Positions 27,001-38,500 of a DNA stretch of 64,000 nucleotides are shown here, in pieces; position 1 is the first letter of the stretch, and each line of letters opens with the position of its first letter. The position numbers and the translations under genes are program-made. This DNA comes from Octopus sinensis (taxonomy: Eukaryota). Below the pieces are notes generated by a model, which saw only the letters and a program-made list of their open reading frames with translations, ran no database searches and was not told the origin of the DNA. The stretch spans positions 17,422,001 to 17,486,000 of the forward strand of contig NC_043022.1 of the NCBI RefSeq assembly GCF_006345805.1, given 5' to 3'.

Positions 27001-30000
27001 TTTTCCCATTCGATTCCCAATTCTAATAATTTTAATATTTTACATCAAATTATTTTTTCGTATAATAGTGTTCACTTGCTTAGTAAAGATTGCTTTCATT
27101 ATTTTATGTCATAATCTCTCTTTTCTAACAAACATCAAGGTAGTTTGTCAAGTTTTACCTTCCCCTCAAAGCAACATAGAGATTTCAATTCAACAGTGTG
27201 TGTGTGACAGAGGGGGGAGGGGCAGAGAACATTGCAAACAATGAATGAAACAGACATGAAACGAAAAACTTTGTATAAATAGAAGGGCATAACTACAGAT
27301 GTTGCCCACGTTGTTGCCTCATAACATCCAGAAAAATTAATACTTTTTAACAAAATTTTCTACAAATACCACTTACACACTGTAGCTTCAGAGTATACAG
27401 GGATTTATGGGAAAGAATTTTTCTGAGGGGGTGGAGAGATGAGTTTCAGAAAATTCACACAATCCGACATTTTTTCTCTAACTTTTCAGGAAAATCTTTT
27501 AATGAAAGTTTATACATACCTTTTGAAAAGGCATAGATTACGATTATAAAGAAATTTGCGGGGGGAATTTTTTCAGGGGGGTTGGGGAGAGGAGTTTTGG
27601 TAAAACAGCGTTTCAGATCAGGAAGACCAACTGAATAAGTTAGAACTACTGTTTTGACGGGGATTTTCCCCATTTTTTTTTTTAACTGCAGCCTTTGAAA
27701 TGATTGGAGAGAGGGAACATCTTTGTATGAAAAAGGTTAGAATTTTTTTGTCTTATTATGTCTCTTCCCTCATCATCCCACTCCAGACCTATTTTGGCCA
27801 ATTTTTATTTTTTGCACTTCAAAACCATAGGAGGAGCTTTTTCAGTAAAAAAAAAACAACAAAAAATTGTTAATATTTACTAAGGGAAAAATGAGTGATT
27901 TAAGGAAGATTTGGCTGTTGTTTCTAGCACATCGCAAGACAACATTCTTCATTTCTTTATCACTTTCACATGTATTTGTTTTTCAATATCTTTCTCCCCA
28001 TACATTTATCTGGAAAACGGACGTTAAACGATGATGATGATATATATACATATATATAAAACAAAAGATGAGTGTGTGTGTGTGTGTGTGTAGTATGTAT
28101 GCATGCATTTCTAGTTTTCAACTGATTTTCACCTAACTTTACACACACATTACTTATATGCCAAAGATGGTCATGCACTATTACATTTTGCCCAAAGCTC
28201 TCACGTAATGCAAGAAACCAACCAGGAGAAAAGGAGTTTCTCCAAAAACTGCAGTTTTCAATCAATTTTCTCCCTTTTCTCGCTCTATTTATTTCTTCTC
28301 TTTCTTTTTCTCACTTTCACCCTCTGCAATACTTCCTCTCTTTAAGTCTATATTTCTTTCACTCACTCTCTCTTTGAAAACTGACTTCAGTATATTTCAG
28401 TTTAGGCATGCATAAATATCTTTGTCGTCATGCTATTTTGTACCTTCTCTCTACATTACTTATTTAAAAAATTTTACACTCCATCTATTTAAATACACTA
28501 TTTACATTTCTCGCTCTATCGAAAACTGTTGTGATACAGCCATACTAACCAATGAGAATTCAACCATGCCACAGAGTATTCATGTGTGGCTCAAGTTTTT
28601 TCACTCAAGCTATTTTCTTCTACAGCTTTATACACTAAAATTGGATTTGTAATTTCTGTCTACAAATTGACTTCCTTGTGTGATATATTGTTTCACTTTT
28701 ATTCGTTCACTATTAATTCTAATGTGATAAAACTATAATATTGCTTTACTTTTATTCATTCACTTTTGTGTGTGAAATTTGGTGCGTTTGATATGTATGA
28801 GATAGTAAAGGGCATTTTATATCACATCACATATGAGTGCATATGTGTCTCTGAATGTGTATGTATCTCTGACTCTGTGTGTGTTTCCACATTAGGTAAG
28901 TTATTAAACACACACACATCTATCTACACATACATATACATGTGACGACTGATATGCGTGAATGTATGTCTGTCTGTGTCTCTCTTACTATATGTATATA
29001 ACTGTATGTGAGAGTTTATGTGTGCATATCATCACATCTTGTATATGAATGTGTCTGAGTGTGTGTGTGTGTGTGTTTCCGCACCTGTTACGTATGTTAT
29101 TAAACACACACATACCTCTACACATACATATGTAACGAGAATGGCTGGAAATGAAATTCTCGACAAAAAACAATTCAAGTTATATGAAAATACACATCTA
29201 CTGTTCAATAAACAGTTCATAACTGTCACAGCAGTTGCAAGGTATTTACAATTTGCTTATATTTGGTTAATTTACACTGCATACTAAAATATAGACACAC
29301 TACATACATACAACTGCTTACAAAAATAGAGATTAATGTATTTTATTTTTCTGTGTTCATAATTTTTTGTTTAAAATATTGAAAAAAATATGCCAGCAAA
29401 GGAAAAAACGTGATCTCTCTGGAAACATCTATAAAGCAAGGAGGAGTGCAGAAAACCAAAGGTGAGAGTCTCAAGAGATAAGGGACATGACACTTTACAA
29501 AGATCACCAAATGCATGCTGCAGTACATCAGATGGAGTTCCAAGAGAGAAGAGAGATGAGATTTTTCCAAGATCATCAAAGACATGCTGCAGCACATAAT
29601 GCTTAGCACATCAGATTAGGCAGAGGTCCAATAGAATAGCTCTGAGAAACAGACCATGTAGAAATTCGTTCTTCACAACACCTGCAGCTACTTTCAGATA
29701 TGATCCATCACATTTTTATAAAATACGATAATTCTGTCCAAATTAGTGTGCTAAACTATTATTTCCACAAACCGGTCAGCCAAGCAGCGTCCCATTTGTC
29801 CGATGTACAGGGAATGGCAGAGAGAGTAGGAGATGCAATAGATGATATTGCTGGAGGTGCAGGTGAAGGAGTCGATGATGCGATAGGCTTGCCGGTGAGG
29901 AGGGTGGTGTTGGAGAAGTAAGGGCAAGTGCAGCAGCATGGGCGGGAGCAGGGGAATGAGCCGGGTTGGGAGGTAGGTTTGGGGAAGAAGCTGTGGACCA

Positions 30001-33000
30001 AGAGGTCTCGTAGGTTGTGGGCTCATTTGAAGGAGGGGAGGGGTTGGTTAGGGAAGATGTGTGAAGTGGTCAGGTCGGACTGGAGATGCCGGAAAGGTCG
30101 GAGAACAGTGCGTTGAAGATGTAGGGTGGTGGGGTGGTAGGTGAGGGGAAAAGAGAGGCAGGAGATTGCAGGGCGGGTTCGGGGGAAGAGAGCAGATGCA
30201 CGGTCCACAGAACATGCTCTGGCAAGGGTGGTATCGATAGTGGTGAGGGGATATCCACGTAGGATGAAGTGGCGAGCTATGAGCTGAAACTGAGTCTCAA
30301 AGTCATGGTCGCCACTAGAGACTGCGTAGACGGAGGAATTGGGAATAGGGAATGGAAAGCTTGGTGTGTTTGGGGTGGGAGGAGGAGAAGTTTAGGTATG
30401 ACTGTGAGTCTGTGTTTGTAGTGGATGGAGGTGGTAAGAGTGGAGTGATGAATGCTGACCGAAATGTGAAGAAAGGAGACAGAGGTGTCAGAGATAGTGC
30501 AGGAGAAGTGGAGGGCAAGATGGAAAGATTTGATGAAAGAGAGGAAGGAGTCTAGATGTTCACGGGAGTGTGAGGTGGCACCAATACAGTCATCAATATA
30601 ATGGCCATATAGTTTGGGAGTGGGACCAGTGAAACTAGAGAATATTTGGGCCTCAACATAGCCAACGAACAGGTTCGCATAGTTGGGGCCCATTCTCGTT
30701 CCCATGGCCACTCCCAAGACCTGCTGGTAGAACTTGCCCGCGAATGAGAAGCGGTTGAGTGAGAGGACAAGTTCGGCCAGACGAACGAGTGTGGAGGTGT
30801 CAGGTTGGGGATTGGGTCGGAGGTCCAGGAAGTGTTTCAGTGCACACAGCCCCTCGTGGTGAGGGATCACAGTGTAGAGGCCCTGGATGTCCAGTGTAAA
30901 GAGAAGTTTGGAGGAGCCAGGAGGGAAGGAGAAAGAGTTGAATAGATGAAGAGCATGGTTGGTGTCATGGATGTGAGAAGGAAGAGAAGCCACAAGGGGG
31001 CAAGGACACGGTCGAAATATTTGGAGATAAGCTAGGTGGGGCAGTTACAGGTGGAGGCAATGGGGCGGCCCGGGTTGTTGGGTTTGTGGATTTTGGGGAG
31101 GAAGTAAATGGTGGGGATGCGGGGGGTTTGGACAATGAGGTTGGATGCAGTGTGGGGGAGACAGGAGGACGAGATGAGGTCATGGATGGTAGAGGAGACC
31201 GTCAGTTGGTAGCTGGGCGCGGGGTCAGAGGGCACAGGGCAGGAGAGGGAGGTGTCATGGAGTTGGCGAAGAGCTTCGGCCTTGTAGAGGTCCATGCACC
31301 ATACCACCACACCTCCACCCTTGTCGGCCAGTTTAATAATGATGTCAGTGCACCTCGCATTATTGAGGTGAGGGTAAAAATTTAGATTGCAATTTTTTTG
31401 TTGCTTATATTCCACCAATGGACAACGTGTGTGTTACATTGGTGTCATCATTCCATAAAATGTGTTTAATTAGAGAAAAATATTGAAAAAAACATCAATA
31501 CATGTGAGTGTTACAATATTGTTTTTTGCTGGGGGTTTTTTTTTACCAAAAAGGCTCCTCCAAAGTTTTTTAAAATGGCCAAAATCGATCCAAATATTAT
31601 TTGTAAGGCTTTAAGGCATTCCAAATAGCTATAAAAACAAAATCAGTTTTTGTTTTTACAAAAATAATACAAAGCACCATCCGAATATGGCCAATGTTAG
31701 CGCTGCTTTGACTGGCTCCCATGCCGGTGACATGTAAAAATACCATCCAAACACGGTCACTGCCAGCCCCTTCTAGCCCCTATGCTGGTGGCACGTAAAA
31801 AGCACCCACTACACTCTGAGTGGTTGGCATTAGGAAGGGCATCCAACTGTAGAAAACACTGCCAGGTCGGATTGGAGCCTGGTGTAGCCTCCTCACTTCC
31901 CAGATCCCTAGTCGAATCATCCAACCCATACCAGCATGGAAAATGGACATTAAATGATGATTAAAAAAAATTTTCATTCAATAAATAATGTCTTTATATT
32001 ACATATACAAAATAAACAATGGGTTTTCCAAATAGTGAATTAAAACTTGAAACGAAAACAGTGAAATAGAGAGTGAGGGGCTTTGCGGATGAAAACAGAA
32101 TACTCTGCAGTGAATGCATTGAATATTTAAATTTGTGTAAAATTGGAGTTCATAAACTCAACAAACATCAGAAATCGAAATTATAGGAAATTTCTTGGAA
32201 CATGAATTTATAAAAACATTTCCAGATGGTCAAACCTTTAATAATTGCTTCCTTTTAGTAACTGTTACATAACTAATTAACAAGCAGCTTTCTCCATTAT
32301 AATATAGAAAGAAAGATACTTATTGATAAGGACTAATCACTTTAATAACCAAGTTAATTGCCAACAAATGGATTACAATTATCTAATAACTCCAAGGACA
32401 GAACTTATTCCTTAGTTTTTTTGTCTACTTCTCCATGCTAGAAAAGAGAAAAACATGCAATACAAGAGCCTTCTGCACATCTCAAATTCCAATATACATG
32501 GTACCAGTGAGTTCTATGTTAACTTATAGCATGGTTTTACATTTTTATTTAGTTGGCCTGCTATTTCAGTTCAGGATTTTATGACTGAATGTTAATGTTG
32601 GTACCAGCCCTTCTTCTCCAATGATGTTAAATGTAACAGTTACACATGGAAAATTTGCTTCTTACTTCACATCATAAGTACACCAGGAGCAAAAAACATT
32701 CTACTTCAAAAATATTTTTAACATTTAAATAAAATAAGACATATCCAAAAATACATAACTATTTCACTGTGATCATCATCATCATCATCATTTAGCGTCC
32801 GTTTTCCATGCTAGCATGGGTTGGACGGTTCAACTGGGGTCTGTGAAGCCGGAAGGCCGCATCAGGCCCAGTCAGATCTGGCAGTGTTTCTACGGCTGGA
32901 TGCCCTTCCTAACGCCAACCACTCCGTGAGTGTAGTGGGTGCTTTTTACATGCCACCCGCACAGGTGCCAGACGGAGCTGGCAAACGGCCATGAACGGAT

Positions 33001-35553
33001 GGTGCTTTCACGTGCCACCGGCATGGGGGCCAGGCGAGGCTGGCAGCGGACACGACGATCGGATGGTTCGCTTAACCACAGCTGCAACTTCCACTGATGT
33101 TGATCGGCCTCAATTTTGGTTCTGCTTTCTGATATCTGATTTGATTTGGTTTGATTTTCATTTTGATTTTGATTCTGACTGTTCTCACTGGTCTTGATCG
33201 ACAAGACATAAAGAATTATAAAATTCAGAAAATTTTTTAAATATCAAAACCAAAATAACAAATTGAATTTTAAAATTATGTAGTTAGGTTTGATAAGATA
33301 AAAACACCAAAGTGAATAGTTTATGGTTTCTCAAAACTTCAAAAAATAGTAAACAAAGTGAGAAGTTGAAATGAAAATAATCTGTGTGAAATAAGAGAGA
33401 CTCTGGTTTTGTTTCTGGAATTTCTAAGCAGATACAGATCAGAAGAACAACATGAAATAACACAAATTTCACTTACCATGAAAACCATATCAGTGTTAAA
33501 TAAAACAAATAATATAAAAACAGTTGGGAAATACAGTTAAATAGTTAGTGGGACGGGAGTTGCTCAAACTGTGGTAACAAAGCCTAAAGATGCTTTATGA
33601 AGCTAGTTATCTCATGCCAACACACAAAAAGAATTAAATTACAATAGGAATTGTAAATTTTTTTAATGATTCAATAACAAAAATAATGTTGTCCAAAGTT
33701 AAATGTTTTGAAGGGTTTCAGTAAATTTTGTTCCCTAAATACTGAAAGGCACAGTTTGTTGAGTTTTTAGGCCCATTGCTAAATACACCAATGTTAAACA
33801 TCCCCTTAAAAACATAGCATTGCATCCCCAGCTAATGTAAATAGATACTTTATAGAGGTAGGGACTCTGTGGAGATAAGAAACAAAATTCTGGCTATAGA
33901 TATGTGGAGATAGAGCTTAAAGCAGTACACAGTGGGAACACTTTATAAATGCCGAGTGTTTTTTTGTTTGTTTGTATCGTGGAGCACAAATTTTATGAAA
34001 TAAAAAATAAAAGTTGAGAAAAACATTTAGAGCATTAATACGATCTACTACTAATATTTATTTCATAATAAATATACTTTAACCCTTTGCCTATAACTTA
34101 CCCCAACGTGGACCCATCTTCCTCCAATCTCCATCATCGTCTTCTTCAGTAACCAAAGGCATGACTGATTTTTCAAACAAGAAAGATAACATAGATTTAA
34201 ACATTCTAAGACATAGATGAACATGTGGCAGGAAAGGAGGATTGCAGAATGATGAAGAGTCAGAATAGCACAAAGAAAAAAGAGAGTCTGAGGGGCAAGA
34301 GAGAGAGGGAGGGGGAAATAAATCATTGCTATAATGTTAAACTGTTGTATATCCAGTTCTTTTGGTCAAACTCTCCTATCTCCAGCTGCTTCAGATGCCA
34401 AGATATCAAAAATTGTCAAAGTGGAGTACAACGGTTTTGCTATGGAATGGTATATTGATATAACTATTTTTTTGTTTTCTGAAAAAGCAACATTTTGGAA
34501 GTGTGACACTTCTGCATAACAGCAATGAAATGTAATAGAAATAGGATAGGAGTAGAAATGGTGAAAACTGAAGGATAAACAATGAATCGAAGTCATGGTC
34601 GATGCCAGTGCCATGTAAGAGGTACCCATAAATCAAAGTCATGGTCATTCGCTGCTGGTGTCATGTAAATGACACCCATACATCGTAGTTAGGGTTGTTG
34701 ATGGCGCCATGTAAATTGCACTTGTGAATCAAGATGGTTGCTGCTGGTGCCATGTAAGTGGTATCCATACATCATAGCCATGGTCATCAACAGTGCCATG
34801 TCAAATGATACCTGGGAATCGGGGTTGTTGATGGTGCAACATAAATGGCACTTGAGTCGTGGTCGTTGCCAGTGCCATGGAAATGGTACCCATGCATTGT
34901 AATCATTGCCACCACCTGTGAATCATAGTCATGGTTGTGTGCCAGTGTCATGTAAATGGGACCTGTACTGATGGCACATAAAAGTACTCATTACACTTCT
35001 GAAGTGGTTAGCATTAGAAAGAGCATCCAGCTGTAGAAACCATGCCATATCAGACTGGAAGCTGATGCAGCTCTCTGGCTCATCAGCTCCAGTCAAACCA
35101 ACTCACCCATGCCAGCGTGGAGAGCAGACTTCAAATGACGAGAAAATGTAAAAGACAAAAAGGAGAAAAATAAAGAGATAAGGAAGGAAGAATTGGATAT
35201 GAGGGAGGGGAGTAGAGCATGAGGAGAGAGGGGGAAAATTGAAAGAAAGGAACAGATGAAAGAGAGGAGGAGAGGAACGGAAAGAGAAAAAGGTGAAAAT
35301 GAGGTGAAGAGAAGGAGGAAAGACAAAAGATGTGAAAAAGTGTATTGGTTATAAATCAAAAGGGCACCTAGCAAGATTTGAACCCAATGTTGATGGAAGC
35401 ACAAGCATAGTTGTGTTATGAAGTTCACTTCCCAATAACATGGTTTCAAGTTCAGTTCCACTATGGAGAACCTTAGGAAAGTGGCAAGCATCTTTTACTA
35501 TAGTCCTGAGCTGACCAAAGCCTTGTAAGTGAATGAAAACCAAAAGAAGCTTG

Positions 35554-35589
<36 letters not shown>

Positions 35590-38500
35590 ATGTACACAAA
35601 AGCTACTTGCTGCAAGCTGTGTTATCTCTTCTATCAACAACATACATGCTTGTTCCACACTTCAAGGAGCTTGTGGAATAAGGGATCCCTTATTTTAAGA
35701 ACAAGTAAGGGTTAATGACAGAAAGTGCACTGGCAGTAAAACACTGTCCCAATAACATATTCATCTAACCTATGCTAGCATGGAAAAAATGTAAGTAAAA
35801 TGAATGGGTGATAGCCAAGTACACTTAATATTTCATGTAAATGGCTGAGCTTGCAAAAAAAAGGGCAAAATAAAGAGAAAAATGGCATGCTAATGTTGAC
35901 TCTTCTGGATCTTATACTGAATCAACAAAGTTTATGTATAGTGACTTCAAGGATGAGAATTTCAAGTGCATAAGAAGCTTTCTCTTAATGCTTTTAGAAC
36001 AGGAATTGGAGGCAGAGTTTTGCATTAAGATATAAAACAAACTTTGGAATGTAAACTAATCAACATGTAACTTTAAAGAAAAAAGGCAGAATTAGAAAAA
36101 AAAAGTACTTAATTTCTAGCTCTATTTAATCTAATTAAGGAGATAACTCACACAAGCACAGGAATAGATTAATGTAACCAATTCACCATGTTAAAAATTA
36201 AAAAGAAAGCAAAGATTGTCAAAGCATGAACAGAACACCATCAAAGCGTCTATCAAGGGTTAAATTTAGATTAATGCAATACAAGCTTTTATCTGAAATT
36301 AGTTTAACCCTTTAGCATTTAAGTTGACCATATCCAGCCAAAATATTTTACATGGTTTCATGTTCAAACTGGCCGGATTTGGTCTCTCATGCACACCCTA
36401 CAATGTCATTCTGAAAATAAACAATCACATCATTGAAATCTCAAGGTTACAAGATGATGTGCTATCATTTTCAAACAATATGCATCATATTTGACAGGAA
36501 ATTCTGAATGCTAAACGGTTAATAGTTAAACGAAAAATTAATCCTAATCAATGCAAAATAAAAGCATTTCAATTAATGAAAACTTACACGAATATCAATC
36601 TGAAGAACAGTGTCAAACGAAATCTATATCTTTATAAATATAAATATTGGTTTCAGATTTTGGCACAAGGCCAACAGTTTCAGAGGAGGAGGAGGTAAGT
36701 CTACAGCATCAACCCCAATGCTCAACTGCTACTTATTTTATCGACACTGAAAGGATGAGAAGCAAAGTCTAACTTGCCGGAATTTGAACTCAGAACATAA
36801 AGAGAGATGAATTGCTGCTGAGCATTTTGCCTAGTGTGCCAATGATTCTGCCAGCTCAATGCCTGATAATAATAAATTACATTTGCTGAACACATGCTGG
36901 CATAGAAAAAGGGATATAAAACAAAGGAATATATGCATCATCATCGTCAATGTTTTAACTTCCACTTTTCCATGCATGCAAGGATCGGATACAATTTCTG
37001 TGGCTGGGTACCCTTTCTGTTGACACAAAATCATCTGTTTCCAAGCAAGGTAATATTTCCCTGCAGTTTGACAAGTTGTTGCAGAAAATTAGAAATGACC
37101 AACACCATTTGTATGACAGTGACACATGGAATCAAGACACACACACAATGGCTTCTTTTAACTTCATCAAACAACTCCACTCACAAGCTTTTGGCTGCCC
37201 TGTGGCTATTGTACAAGACACTTGATGTGCCATACAGTGCAAATGAACCAAAAAACCATGTAACTTCTTACCACATAGCCACACTGTGTGAAGATATTAT
37301 AATTAAATATTTTCACAATATATTTTATACTTCTGCCTTTTACATTGTTACAATGACATGGAAGTGGTTTTTATTTTTGGGGGGTTTTTTAAGACATATC
37401 TTATAAAAGATATCTGTGCAGAAGGACAAAGGTTTAGGTCTTTGGTCTTCCCTGTCCTGCTCTATAGTTGTGAAACTTGAACACTGTCTGAGAACCTCAA
37501 GAACTGCCTGAACTCCTTTGGTATCAGAACGCTTCACAGGATTATGGCTTTACCACTGGTCAAATTTCGTATCCAACCAACAACTCAGAAACTGGGATGC
37601 ATTCTGTTACTTGTATAATTTGGTGGCCCCAGTTCAGACTGTTTGGCCAGGTTATTCAATTTTCCAACCCGCTTACTATGTTCTTTTCATTGGGGATCTG
37701 GCTGGGTTGACAACTTGAGTTGGTTGACCACATTCCACATGGTCATGACAGATGAATTATTTCGGAGATGGAATCTGACTGAGACTCTGCCCAACAGGTT
37801 GCCAAGGAGGACCAAGGAGTATACTGACAAATGGTCAATACAGCAATGTGCTGCTGCAACAACATATAGCTCCATATCTGATCTGACTTCAGAAGACAAA
37901 GAGCAGCGGTCACAGCTTGAGGCCAATGGAAAGAGAAGAAACTATCTTCACACTTTATGACCTGGCTCAAATGCCTGAAACAAAGTATTCACTGCTAATA
38001 GTATCCAAGAAACAGTGCAGTTGAATCAAGTGACTGATGAAGCCTACCACCCAAGGACAAGAACTGAACTTCTAACAGTATTTCACATAGCTTTCAGACA
38101 CAAGGCTATGCTTGATCCTAGGCTATGGGTGAGGAAACTTCCTCATGATACTGTGTTGTAGATCAAAACCCAAAGCAACTTCCTTAACCATACAGCCATG
38201 CCTAACCCTATTAAGTTGGAAGACTGTATACTCTAATACATGTCAATTTATGAGAGGTAAGCAGGAATTACATAACCCAAAACATGATGAAAGAAAACTA
38301 GCAGTTATGATTAATATTTTTCAGCACTGAATATTTAGTAATTAATATTAGCTTCACTACTTGAATACACACACACACATATATATATATCCATCCACAA
38401 TCTTCATAACAACACTTACCCCATCGTTCTCGAGAGCAAGCTTTCCTCCAATCACCTTCATCATCATCTAGTGATTTTTTATCACGCCAATTCTCATTGC

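Noticed and set aside
34590-34970. CRISPR-like appearance of palindromic repeats with variable linkers (also 44230-44570)
   Set aside because: Eukaryotic intron, degenerate repeats, linkers homologous to each other, no cas genes, and fused to a LINE tail.
35150-35340. GA-rich purine tract (also CT-rich tracts near 28260-28380 and 42860-43030)
   Set aside because: Simple low-complexity sequence; the Phe/Leu/Ser ORFs are compositional artefacts.
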